A stretch of 64,000 bases of DNA from a bacterium (GTDB lineage Bacteria > Patescibacteriota > Dojkabacteria > SC72): positions 3,043 through 67,042 of the forward strand of contig JAJTYH010000003.1 in NCBI GenBank assembly GCA_021463465.1, written 5' to 3'. How positions within the stretch are numbered: position 1 is the stretch's first letter; the number at the start of each line of letters is the position of its first letter. Under the pieces are notes generated by a model. That model was not told where the DNA came from. It was given only the letters and a program-made list of their open reading frames with translations, and did not search any database. Below are positions 10,927 through 22,491 of the stretch, piece by piece. The position numbers were made by a program, and so were the translations under genes.

Positions 10927-11388
10927 ATGGAGCAGATTGAGAGGCCCTTAATAACCAAAGTAGGACTTGAGAAGCTCAAGGCAGAACTATACCAAAGGGA
11001 GAATGTCAAAAAACAATCCCTCGTCTCTACCCTAATATCCTCAAAAGAAGCTGGTGACGAAAGAGAAAACGACGGCTTCAGCCTAGCATTTGAAGATTTC
11101 CAAATCAACGAACAGAGGATCCTCGACTTAAAGGAAACTATAAAATTCCATCAATTGGTTATCCCTAAACAGAATAACTTTGTGGAACTGGGGCATAAAA
11201 TAATACTTAAAGACCTGAAAGGGAAAGAACGTATACTGCAATTAGTACCTCCAATAGAAGTCGACCCTTTCTTGGGTAAGATTTCAGATAAATCGCAAAT
11301 CGGTGAAATGCTTCTCAAAAAGACAGTTGGTACAAAAATAGTTTTAGGAGGTAAACTTTACAAAATTATAAAGATTGTTACCTTTTAG
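10927..11388 (+). CDS. greA: Transcription elongation factor GreA
   Basis: 153 aa with an N-terminal coiled coil (LEKLKAELYQ...) and a C-terminal FKBP-like GreA domain. Confidence 0.8.
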   Translation: MEQIERPLITKVGLEKLKAELYQRENVKKQSLVSTLISSKEAGDERENDGFSLAFEDFQINEQRILDLKETIKFHQLVIPKQNNFVELGHKIILKDLKGKERILQLVPPIEVDPFLGKISDKSQIGEMLLKKTVGTKIVLGGKLYKIIKIVTF

Positions 11389-11941
11389 CCAAGTATGCAT
11401 ACTTCTTTATCAAATGTCTAGTTGAAAAATCCTTAAGTTTACTCTTACCAATTTCCAAGATAGTTGCAACTTCCATTATACGGGCCTCATTTGGAGCTTC
11501 AATCTCCATAAACTCAGGTATATGACTAAGTGCTCCAAGATACCTATCAAAAACAATACTAGCATCACCTAACTTCCATGACCTTCTGATTTTTTCATCT
11601 TCCCTTACAACCCTTTTAAAACCCAACTTTTCAAGAAGAGTTCTTGTTGTATCAAAGCTTGAAACACTTATTTCAGTTTCAATTCTCTTTTTAACCTTAC
11701 TACCCTTTTTCTTATTTCCTGGGACTTCTTTAAGCGTCAGCACAGTACTTTCACCCTCTTGCCTAAGTCTTAAGGTCTTATGTGAAGCCTGAACGTCATT
11801 TTGATTATTATCTAGGCTCAGTGCATGGAATTTTAACTCAAATTCAAACTCTGCCCCAAGTATTTTGAGTTTATCTTCTATCGCTTTTCGATTTATTTCT
11901 AATACTTTTACTTCTATCTCTTCCATTATTTGTCTTTGCAA
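11378..11941 (-). CDS. CYTH-domain protein (class IV adenylyl cyclase / triphosphatase fold)
   Basis: 187 aa beginning EIEVKVLEI, with alternating charged beta-strands typical of CYTH. It is convergent with greA and overlaps it by 11 nt. Confidence 0.5.
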   Translation of the reverse strand: MQRQIMEEIEVKVLEINRKAIEDKLKILGAEFEFELKFHALSLDNNQNDVQASHKTLRLRQEGESTVLTLKEVPGNKKKGSKVKKRIETEISVSSFDTTRTLLEKLGFKRVVREDEKIRRSWKLGDASIVFDRYLGALSHIPEFMEIEAPNEARIMEVATILEIGKSKLKDFSTRHLIKKYAYLAKR

Positions 11942-12552
11942 TATGAACAGTACTCTTTAAGTATACACCTTGATTCATTCATCCTAGCTTTACAGACATA
12001 TCTACCATAAAGTACGAATGTCGAATTTACTCTATGCCAGACTTCTTGAGGGTAAAGCTTTTGTAAATCCAAAGCTACTTTCTTTGGGTCCGAATGTTTG
12101 GTTAGTCCCATTCTCTGCGCAACTCGAATCACATGAGTATCAGCACCTATACCTTCATTCTTTTTATACAAATCATTAAGAAATACATTGGCTGTCTTTA
12201 TACCCACACCTTTAAGCCTAATCAGTTCATCAACTGTATCGGGTACCACCCCACCAAAATTAGTCTCAAGCGTCTGTGCAGTTTCAACGAGATACTTAGC
12301 CTTAGATTTAAAATAGTTCACCCCAGCTATCAGTTCTTCAATGTCCGAAATATTAGCCATTGACAGTTTTTTAGAGGTTGGATACTTATCAAAGAGTTTC
12401 GATGTCACTGTATTGACTTTTTTATCAGTCGTCTGAGCCGAAAGAATTATACAAATCAGGAATTGAAAAGGCGTTTTCCAATTGCCAAGTTCAGATTTAG
12501 CATCAGGAAATAAGCTTTCTATCTTTTTTAATATTGTTTGTGATTTATTCAT
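11926..12552 (-). CDS. nth: Endonuclease III (Nth), HhH-GPD glycosylase with [4Fe-4S] cluster
   Basis: 208 aa with an HhH-GPD motif (LKGVGIKTANVFL) and a C-terminal C-x6-C-x2-C-x5-C cluster (CKARMNESRCILKEYCSYC). Confidence 0.85.
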   Translation of the reverse strand: MNKSQTILKKIESLFPDAKSELGNWKTPFQFLICIILSAQTTDKKVNTVTSKLFDKYPTSKKLSMANISDIEELIAGVNYFKSKAKYLVETAQTLETNFGGVVPDTVDELIRLKGVGIKTANVFLNDLYKKNEGIGADTHVIRVAQRMGLTKHSDPKKVALDLQKLYPQEVWHRVNSTFVLYGRYVCKARMNESRCILKEYCSYCKDK

Positions 12553-12574
12553 ATAAACTTTTTAAATCCAGTTA

Positions 12575-13810
12575 CTAATAAAACTTTGGGTTTTTAACAA
12601 CAACCTCTCGAAGATCTTTTGCAAGGATAACCTCTGATTCATATAAACTTTCAGTACGTCTCTTAAATCTCATCCCTTTATATATTATTCCGACATCGCC
12701 AGTGTAGTAAAGTAACGGGATATCGTTATAAAAGTATCGTGGCTCAGGTCTCTCATAAAACGCACTGAACGTTTCAGATACATAAGATGCTGGTACAAAT
12801 GGATTAAGTCCCAAATTTCCTATACGTTCCAAAACATCTAACAGATTTATTTTAATGCTGTTTATCCCATCTCCCTCATCAAACCAATTCAAAGACCCTT
12901 GGTAGTTCCTTAAGCATATAATTAAAGCTATAACAAAAGGGAGATGATTAATATGAAAATCAATTCCAGACGTATCATTCTCTATATATATTATATCTTT
13001 TGAGAACTCAAATCCTAATCGGTTTCTTAAATTTAAGTAATTTTGTAATTGCGTTATTCTTAATTTATCGTGAATATCTTCATCATGACTTCTGACACTA
13101 AGGCTTCGCAACCATCTTTCACTATTATTCGGAACAACGACAAATGTTACATCCTCCTTAAGTAATTCCTTATTCTTGTATAACGCTTTAACCATCTCTT
13201 GTACTTCTGTGTCGTCACCTTGAAACACATCAGTAGATGCGGTTCCTCTATCTTTAATTAAAACACGACTAAATTCATTTCTTTCATTAACCCCAAAAAT
13301 ATCGGGTAACATTTTGACAAATGGAGGTAGTCTTTCTGTAAAAGTCCATGAGAAAACCTCATTCATAAAGTTTTCCAATATACATCTTGAAGTAAGAAAT
13401 CCTTCTGCAAATCTGGCGTTTTCAGAACATGCTCTACTCCCATTAAGTAAAACATCCCCATTAATACCTTCCTTCAAAACCCTCCTCCAATTAGGATACT
13501 CAACATCTAGATTTAGAGTTACTTCTATAAGGCTTTTCCAGTACTCAGGTCCTAAAGACTTTCTGATTTCTGAAAACAATTGGGGTGTATTTAGCTCTCT
13601 CTCAGAATAACTTCCATTACGATGTGGAAATACAATGGGTAAATCTGGAGGTTCAATTACAGAAGCGACTTTAAATGGGATTTCTCCATTTTCTTGGCAA
13701 ATTTTAGACATAAATGACACTATGAAATGAATCCTTTCTAATAAAGTGCCTTTGCCTATTTGATTTGGCCCCTCAATAGATGTAAGCAAAAATTTCTCAT
13801 CCGATACCAT
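12575..13810 (-). CDS. Hypothetical protein with N-terminal P-loop (deoxynucleoside/nucleotide kinase-like) and uncharacterised C-terminal domain
   Basis: 411 aa. A Walker-A-like motif IEGPNQIGKGTL resembles the dNK/dTMP kinase motif IEGxxGxGKST. An ERW motif lies downstream. The C-terminal ~180 aa are unassigned. Confidence 0.5.
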   Translation of the reverse strand: MVSDEKFLLTSIEGPNQIGKGTLLERIHFIVSFMSKICQENGEIPFKVASVIEPPDLPIVFPHRNGSYSERELNTPQLFSEIRKSLGPEYWKSLIEVTLNLDVEYPNWRRVLKEGINGDVLLNGSRACSENARFAEGFLTSRCILENFMNEVFSWTFTERLPPFVKMLPDIFGVNERNEFSRVLIKDRGTASTDVFQGDDTEVQEMVKALYKNKELLKEDVTFVVVPNNSERWLRSLSVRSHDEDIHDKLRITQLQNYLNLRNRLGFEFSKDIIYIENDTSGIDFHINHLPFVIALIICLRNYQGSLNWFDEGDGINSIKINLLDVLERIGNLGLNPFVPASYVSETFSAFYERPEPRYFYNDIPLLYYTGDVGIIYKGMRFKRRTESLYESEVILAKDLREVVVKNPKFY

Positions 13811-13852
13811 AAAGCATTATAGCAACAATAATGGGATAAATAGAGAAACAAA

Positions 13853-13875
13853 AAACCCACCTTTCAGGTGGGTTT
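13853..13875 (-). terminator. Rho-independent terminator of the rRNA operon (after 5S)
   Basis: The hairpin aaacccacc-tttca-ggtgggttt is followed on the minus strand by a U-run. Confidence 0.6.
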
Positions 13876-13879
13876 AATG

Positions 13880-14001
13880 ACAGTCCCGGCGACGACCTAT
13901 CTTCCCAGATCCGTACGGACCAAGTATTTTAGGCGCTGGAGCGTTTTACTTCTGAGTTCGGGATGGAATCAGGTAGTTCCACTCCGCTACAACCGCCAGG
14001 C
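13880..14001 (-). rRNA. rrf: 5S ribosomal RNA
   Basis: The reverse complement begins GCCTGGCGGTTGTAGCGGAGTGGAACTACCTGATTCCATCCCGAACTCAGAAGT..., matching the 5S consensus. Confidence 0.85.
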
Positions 14002-14504
14002 ATAAGTCCTAAAAATTTTAGAACTCGTGCCTGGCCTCTTCTTACGAAGAAGTCAGGACTAAATTCATAAAGAGCAAAAGAGTGTTTGCACACTCAAAAC
14101 TGAATAGAAATATACCTACCTAAAAATATCAAAGCTTTTGATTTATTAGTACTTCTAGGCTGAACACATTACTGTGCTTACACCAGAAGCCTATCAACGT
14201 GGTCATCTTCCACGAATCTTCCGCTAGGTCAAGCCTAGCAAGCAAATTTCATCTTAGGACGAGCTTCGCACTTATATGCTTTCAGTGCTTATCTCTTAGC
14301 GACTTAGCTACCCTGCGATGCTCTTGGTAGAACAGCAGGTGTACTAGAGGTCACCTCGCCCCGATCCTTTCGTACTAGGGGCCACCTCCCTCAAATTTGC
14401 AACGCCCGCATCGGATAGAGACCGACCTGGCTCACGCCGGTCTGAACCCAGCTCACGTACCGCTTTAATGGACGAACAGTCCAACCCTTGGGTGCTTGTC
14501 CACA

Positions 14505-14536
<32 letters not shown>

Positions 14537-15107
14537 GAACGGTGCCGTCAATATGAACTATCGGGCACCACCAGCCTGTTATCCCCGGGGTAACTTATCT
14601 CCGTTAAACAATAGCGATTCCACATTCTGCTAAAGGGTCACTTAGACCTGCTTTCGCAACTGCTCGGGGTGTCCCCCTCACAGTAAAGCATCCTTATGCC
14701 TATGCACTCTTCATCCGATTTCCATCCGGATTGAGGATACCTTAGTGCTCTTGCGATACTCTTTCGCAAGAAACCGCCCCAGTCAAACTGCCTGCCGTGC
14801 ACTGTTCCTTGGCTAGATCATAGCCACAGGTAAGAAATAAAACGTTAAAAGGGTGGTATTACACTTGGCGCCTCCGCTAGACCTGACGATCCAGCTTCAA
14901 AGGCTCCCACCTATACTCTACATCCAAAGTTTTATCCCAATGCAAAGCTGCAGTAAAGCTCCACGGGGTCTTTTTGTCCTTATGCGGGTAGGCCGCATCT
15001 TCACAGCCATTTCAATTTCGCCGGGCACGTTGTCGAGACAGTGAAAGAATCGTTACGCCTTTCATGCAAGCCACTAATTAAGTGGCGAGGTATTACGCTA
15101 CCTTAGG

Positions 15108-15898
15108 CATTCCTGTTACTTATATCTAGAAAAACTAGATGACCTAATTACTTAGGCGGATACATGTTCATGTATCTCACTACATTGCTGTAGTGGTCGG
15201 ACTATATCTTCACATATTACTATGTGTCTAACATTTAGCCTCTGAGGATTCTATCAATTACTATTTTTCTGTCCCACTTTTTACCTTTACCTAACCGATT
15301 TATCTTGTAAGCATAATCAACTAGCTTTAAAAAACCAGTACGATTGAGATGCTTTTTGTAGTACATCAGAGTAACTGCTTCTGAAAAAATTTCAAAAGCT
15401 TCTGACTTTACAATTAACGGATATTTCTTGAAGAAAGGTATGACTTTAGTAAAACATGGAGTAATTCCAGATATTTGATAGGTAAACACATTAGAAGGAT
15501 TACTCTTTCTATGTATAGAACCAGTATCAAACATACTTTGGATTAATTTAAGAATATCTAAACCTTTCTCATGTTGATAAACATAAAAAGCCGGTTCAAT
15601 TCTTAAACCATATTTCACATTATTTCTATTCTTAATATTAAGACAGAAACTACCTTCTCCATCAATAAATCCTGAGATAAACCAATTAATGTAATGCGTA
15701 TTTGCGGGAACTGTATTTGAAAGTCTTTCCTGCTGATTGTCCAAAAGCATAAAATTTTTACTCTTTAAAAAGTATTTATACCGTTTAGGATGTCCCAGCA
15801 TATAGTTAGATTTTATAACGGCCCAATATCTTGTAGCAACACACTTAATTTCTTTGAAATGAATTTCTAAGAAAATTAAGAGTAGATATTTATCTACC
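15108..15898 (-). mobile_element. Group I-type intron inserted in 23S rRNA between ...AACGGU and CCUAAGGUAGCG... (E. coli site ~1917), carrying a homing endonuclease ORF
   Basis: Exon sequence ...GGCUGUAACUAUAACGGU ends at 15899 and resumes CCUAAGGUAGCGUAAUACCUC at 15107. The inserted 791 nt end in G (omega G) and follow an exon U. Confidence 0.7.
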
Positions 15899-15921
15899 AC
15901 CGTTATAGTTACAGCCGCCAT
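15235..15921 (-). CDS. LAGLIDADG homing endonuclease (intron-encoded); functional start probably internal (M41 or M58)
   Basis: The motif NWFISGFIDGEGSFCL is a LAGLIDADG motif. The annotated ATG at 15921 lies in the 23S exon, so the real start is likely downstream. Confidence 0.75.
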   Translation of the reverse strand: MAAVTITVVDKYLLLIFLEIHFKEIKCVATRYWAVIKSNYMLGHPKRYKYFLKSKNFMLLDNQQERLSNTVPANTHYINWFISGFIDGEGSFCLNIKNRNNVKYGLRIEPAFYVYQHEKGLDILKLIQSMFDTGSIHRKSNPSNVFTYQISGITPCFTKVIPFFKKYPLIVKSEAFEIFSEAVTLMYYKKHLNRTGFLKLVDYAYKINRLGKGKKWDRKIVIDRILRG

Positions 15922-18111
15922 TGACCAGGGCTTAAGTCGTCCGCTTCACAGCAGCTAGGACACCGAAGTGTACCTAGGAGCCGATCACAAACTTCCTTAA
16001 CCTTCTGGCATTGGGCAGGCGTCAGCACTTATACATCTTCTTACGAATTTGCAAGCGCCTGTAGTTTTGTTAACTAGTCGTTCTTTCCAATTTCATGCTG
16101 CCATAATCAACACTAGATAAATCTTGTGTTGTATGGCCCTCCTTCTCGCGAACTTACGGAGTTAATTTGCCGAGTTCCTTAACAACGCATCACCCGTACG
16201 CCTTGGTGCATTCACACCAGTCCACCAGTGTCGGTTTGCAGTACGATTGCAAGTAAATTTAGTATCCCCGAAGGGATACAGTTAGAAGTTTTTCCAGGAG
16301 GATTAAATACGACAAATCGGCTTCCCGAAGGTTACCTTTACGTCACAGCTCACATACGTTTACCCGAAGGTAAACACGTCTCCCCGGATTTACCTGAGAA
16401 GACTAGTTCACTGCTTGTGCCCCAATCCTTAAGGGGCCTGCCTTTTCAATCCCCGAACTCCATCACAATACTAGCAGTACAGGAATATTAACCTGTTGCC
16501 CATCGCATACGCCTTTCGGCCTGTGCTTAGGATCGACTAACCCATGGATGACTGACATAGCCATGGAAACCTTAGACATTCGGCGAGCAGAGTTTTCATC
16601 TGCTTTGCGCTACTCATCCCTACATTCTCACTTCTATGCGCTCCAGAAACTACTTACGTGTTCCCTTCACAGCGTTGTCTAACCTGCTAAGGCTAGCATG
16701 CATAGAACGCTCCCCTACCGCCCATATCCGTCGAAACGGAAATGTACTTGTAACTTCGGAATCTACCTTCAGCCCCGTTAAATCTTAGGTGCAAAGTCTC
16801 TTGACTAGTAAGCTTTTACGCACTTTTTAAAGGGTGGCTGCCTCTAAGCCAACCTCCTAGCTGTCTGAGAATCTTTACCGCCTTCTCCACTCAGGTAGAA
16901 TTTAGGGTCCTTATTTGACAATCTGGGCTGTTTCCCTCTTGAGCATAGGAACTTAGCTCCCTAGCTCTAACTGCTGCAATATACATACCGGTATTTGGAG
17001 TTTAACAAGACAAAGTACGATTACTCGCCTTCGATCTTATTAGTGCTCTACCCCCAGTACTTAAATTGCAACGCTAGCCCTAAAGCTATTTCGGGGAGAA
17101 CCAGCTATAACCAGGTTCGTTTGGCATATTACCGCTAACCACGTCTCATCTCATAGATTCGCAAGTCTAATGAGTTCGGTCCTCGATCCTAATTTCTTAG
17201 GACTTCAACCTGGACGAGGCTAGATCACCTGGATTCGGGTCCAGTGCATACGACTCAAATCGCCCTATTCGGACTCGCTTTCGCTTCGGCTCCACCGTTT
17301 CCGGCTTAACCTTGCCGTACACAACTGACTCGCAGGGTCATTCTTCAATAGGCACGCCGTCACGGGATATACCCGCTCCGACTGTTTGTAAGTATATGGT
17401 TTCAGTATCTATTTCACTCCCCTAACAGGGGTTCTTTTCGCCTTTCCCTCTCGGAACTTTGTTCACTATCGGTCGTAGAAAGTGTTTAGCCTTGCCAAGT
17501 GGTCTTGGCAGCTTCCCACAGAATTTCACTTACTCCGTGGTACTTAGGAAAATTAAAAGAAGATGTACTGATTTAATGTACGCAACTGTCATGCTCTACG
17601 GTCTACCTTTCCAGGTATGTTCCAATATCAGTATATTTTGTAACTTCTCAAGAACCTTGCTGTGTTCTTATATAATTCCCTACAACTCCAATGTCGCACG
17701 AACAGCAATTTACGGACTCTCCGCATCAATCATCGCAACGCGAATCATGAATTAGATACTCCTTACACGACATTAGTTTAGGCTTCTCCCTTTTCGCTCG
17801 CCACTACTAAGGGAATAATCCTGTTGGTATTTTTTCCTCCGGTTACTGAGAGGTTTCACTTCACCGGGTGCCTTTCCTAGCAGCTATGAATTCACTGCTG
17901 GATGATCAGACATGACTCTGATCGGGTTACCCCATTCGGAAATCTCCGGGTTCTAATGTTTGTTTGGCAACTCCCCGAAGCATATCGCAGCCTACCACGT
18001 CCTTCTTCAGCTTTCTACGCCAAGGCATTCACCATATACCTGTAGCATCGCTTTATATATTTTTATTAAAATGGTTGTATTATTTCTATTCAGTTTTTAA
18101 AGTGCAAAATC

Positions 18112-18186
18112 TTGGACCTGGGTGGACTCGAACCACCTACCTCTTCATTGCAAATGAAGTGTTCTAGCCAGCTGAACTACAGGCCC
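18112..18186 (-). tRNA. tRNA-Ala (anticodon TGC) in 16S-23S spacer
   Basis: Cloverleaf with G3:U70 and anticodon loop ttTGCaa. There appears to be one extra nucleotide between the T-stem and the acceptor stem. Confidence 0.75.
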
Positions 18187-18207
18187 ATACCTATCTATAG
18201 TTTTCAA

Positions 18208-18281
18208 AAAAGAGCATCTGGGCGCACCAAGAATCGAACTTGGGACCTCAGTCTTATCAGGACTGTGCTCTAACCAGCTGA
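18208..18281 (-). tRNA. tRNA-Ile (anticodon GAT) in 16S-23S spacer
   Basis: Cloverleaf with anticodon loop ctGATaa. This is the classic 16S-Ile-Ala-23S arrangement. Confidence 0.85.
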
Positions 18282-18370
18282 GCTATGCGCCCTCTGATTC
18301 TAGATAATTTGATAAAGATCTAACTTTGAAAACTAGATAGTGGTAGGAAGTACTTTTTGGGTACTCCTTA

Positions 18371-19920
<1,550 letters not shown>

Positions 19921-20202
19921 GCATTGTTTCCTGTACAAAAGAGTACAAGAAAACTGTTGACGCTACCCAACAGATTTTTCACTCACAAGGACATTACGTT
20001 TGCGTATTCAAATTTTTAAAAATGAATTTGCAGGAAATGTCAAAAAATTACTTTTGACTTCCTACCACTATTTAATTTTCAAAGCGCAAAATGAATTGGT
20101 GCATACCATATACAAACTTTGCGTGTAGTAAGAAATTCGTTAGAAATCTAAATTTCTAAGAGGAATTCTGATTCTCAAGTATCCCAAACTCAATGTGGGG
20201 GT

Positions 20203-20231
20203 ATTATACACACAAAAAACCGATGACACAA
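20203..20231 (-). promoter_or_regulatory. Candidate rRNA operon promoter (TTGTGT-17-TATAAT with upstream TG)
   Basis: The minus strand reads TTGTGTcatcggttttttgtgtgTATAAT. It lies ~285 nt upstream of the 16S 5' end and just downstream of the ligase stop. Confidence 0.45.
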
Positions 20232-20254
20232 GTGCTTAAACCAGAAATATTTAC

Positions 20255-22048
20255 CTAAGCAAACATGTGCTCTAACTCTTCCACAGTAGTAACCTGATTT
20301 ACTGCTTTCTCCCTATCAAATTCAATCATTCGGGGGAACCTCAAGGACAAACCGCGGGCAGGCGTATCTGCAACCCCCTTAGTTGTTATTGCCTTCGTTA
20401 TATCATCCGCTTCAATAGTACAGACCACCTCAGGGATTACCCACACATCTGGCTCCAAGATTTTACTAACTATGACATTTCTCGGGATTTTCTTAACAAC
20501 CAAAGGCTTCAATCTAACCAAAATCTTCTCCCATAGCTCATCTGTAACCCCAGTACCCAAACGTGTCACTGACTCAAAAAGCTCTTTTTCATGGTTGTAA
20601 ACTCCACAAAGTAGCGCTCCTATACCAAAAGTCGCACGCTTACCCGACCCTAGGTAGTACCCAAGAATAACTACGTCAATCGAATCACTCAAACCAGACA
20701 TGAACGATTTTTTGAGCTTAATCCATTCAAAGTTTCTACTCCCTGGGGTATATCCTCCAGAGGGTAACTTAGCTATTAAACCCTCTAACCCGGCTTCTAC
20801 CCACCTGCTAAAATTCTCTTTCAAGGCACCCTCGTCAGTTATCCGCACACTTTCTGCCTCTAAAATATCAGTATTCGCACTCTTCAAAAGCAAACTCAAC
20901 TTACCTATACGACTTTCCGTACCCTCATTAATCTGATTTTGACCATCTAAGTACATTAAATCAAAAGCAAAAGACTTTACAGGGATATCCGCAGATATTT
21001 TACTAACCGCATACTTACGTTTTCTTAACATTGTATCTTGGTAAGACTTAAAGTGAGCCCTCTGCGAGTCCCACCCTATTACCTCACTATCTAAAATAAA
21101 GGATTCTGATTTAAGCCGTTTTGCAGCCTCTACAATCTCAGGAAACATCTGAGTGACGTCTTCCAGATTACGTGTAAACAACTTTACTTGAGTCACGTCG
21201 CCACCAAATAGCCCTGCCTGGCTTTCCTGCTTTAAGTATTTAAACCAGATTCGATCTGAATATATAGCGCCGAAACCTTTGACTGACTTATGAATTTGAA
21301 GCCTCAAACCGTCAAACTTAGGTTGGACAACATAACTTTCTCCCATCCGAACTGTAATCTCTTCAAAACTTTTAGCTCGTTCTACTAATCTCGAAAGAAT
21401 TGGTATGCCAGGTTTAACTTCAATCTTTCTCAAATCATCAATTGACCTATTTTGGCATACAACCTGCGCTATATATCCAATATCCGCACTCACTCCATAC
21501 GCCTTATCTAACTCTTCTCTGACACTCTTATCCCCTTTGAACAAAAAGGAGAAGACATCTAGCAATGTCTTAACACTCGCCCCTAATCTCAAACTTCCGC
21601 AAACTATCCGAGCGAAAAACTTACCTTCAAGTTTTGAGAAATCAGAAAGAGCTTTAACCAAAATTAGCTGCTTCCTTTCAGCCGAACCTAAACCTCTGGC
21701 ATTAACAATACTCCACAGCAACTCATAGACTTCCATTACCTCCATATTCGAACCATTACTCTTTAATACATAATAAACGACTGTGCCTATATCCCCGCGG
21801 GCTTTACGCAAATCCAAAACACTCTCTGAAGTTAAACTTTGAAGAGCTTTCAAAAAGGTTTTTTCGGATGTTTGGAATTCACTATCTACAAACAATGGAG
21901 CAACACGACCATCAAGCATATACGAGACAACAGTGACTTCCTGCAAGTTAAGGCTATTGTAAAGTTCAACGAGCTTAGCAGTCATTTCATTACGCGACGA
22001 TACAGCTTCAATCGATTCCAACACCGAAACTAACTGAGAAAATTTCAT
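20255..22048 (-). CDS. ATP-dependent DNA ligase (Lig1/LigB-type)
   Basis: 597 aa carrying the adenylation KxDG motif (KFDGLRLQIH). There is an N-terminal DNA-binding domain, and nucleotidyltransferase and OB domains in canonical order. Confidence 0.85.
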   Translation of the reverse strand: MKFSQLVSVLESIEAVSSRNEMTAKLVELYNSLNLQEVTVVSYMLDGRVAPLFVDSEFQTSEKTFLKALQSLTSESVLDLRKARGDIGTVVYYVLKSNGSNMEVMEVYELLWSIVNARGLGSAERKQLILVKALSDFSKLEGKFFARIVCGSLRLGASVKTLLDVFSFLFKGDKSVREELDKAYGVSADIGYIAQVVCQNRSIDDLRKIEVKPGIPILSRLVERAKSFEEITVRMGESYVVQPKFDGLRLQIHKSVKGFGAIYSDRIWFKYLKQESQAGLFGGDVTQVKLFTRNLEDVTQMFPEIVEAAKRLKSESFILDSEVIGWDSQRAHFKSYQDTMLRKRKYAVSKISADIPVKSFAFDLMYLDGQNQINEGTESRIGKLSLLLKSANTDILEAESVRITDEGALKENFSRWVEAGLEGLIAKLPSGGYTPGSRNFEWIKLKKSFMSGLSDSIDVVILGYYLGSGKRATFGIGALLCGVYNHEKELFESVTRLGTGVTDELWEKILVRLKPLVVKKIPRNVIVSKILEPDVWVIPEVVCTIEADDITKAITTKGVADTPARGLSLRFPRMIEFDREKAVNQVTTVEELEHMFA

Positions 22049-22050
22049 AC

Positions 22051-22449
22051 CTATTTAGCCAGAGTATAGTTGACAGACTTTGTACTCCCATTACGCTTAA
22101 CAAACCCCATTTTTTCAAGCTTATTCAAATCTCGTCTCAAAGTTCGATCTGTCTGAGCAAACAGCTTTACCATATCCGAAACCTTACCCTCTCCTCTCTC
22201 AGATATATAGTCCATAACTCTCATTTGACGATCGTTTAGACCGTTCGAGGCAAAAGTTGACTCCGGTTTAAGGTTCTCTACTTTAAGCGCTTCTTGGACT
22301 TTAACTTTAGGAGGAAAGACTCTTCTTACAATTACAGGTCTACGAGCACCGCGCTTCTTCATGAAAAGATAGTAGATTACCACCACTGGTACTAACAAAA
22401 GGAAAAGAAGATACCCGTAGTTTTGTTTTTTCATGAAAATAAAGCTCAA
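22051..22449 (-). CDS. Membrane-anchored winged-helix (HTH) DNA-binding protein
   Basis: 132 aa with an N-terminal TM helix (LLFLLLVPVVVIYYLF) and a C-terminal wHTH resembling the DeoR/ArsR type (MRVMDYISERG...DLNKLEKMGFVKR). Confidence 0.5.
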   Translation of the reverse strand: MSFIFMKKQNYGYLLFLLLVPVVVIYYLFMKKRGARRPVIVRRVFPPKVKVQEALKVENLKPESTFASNGLNDRQMRVMDYISERGEGKVSDMVKLFAQTDRTLRRDLNKLEKMGFVKRNGSTKSVNYTLAK

Positions 22450-22491
22450 TTTACATTGAATTCTACAATAATTTCCATATGGATGTAATAC

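Noticed and set aside
16260-16460. Possible second intron in 23S (three ccgaagg-type hairpins; 23S ~200 nt longer than E. coli after removing the 15108-15898 intron)
   Set aside because: No exon discontinuity could be demonstrated by eye. It is more likely an expansion segment, and was left unannotated.
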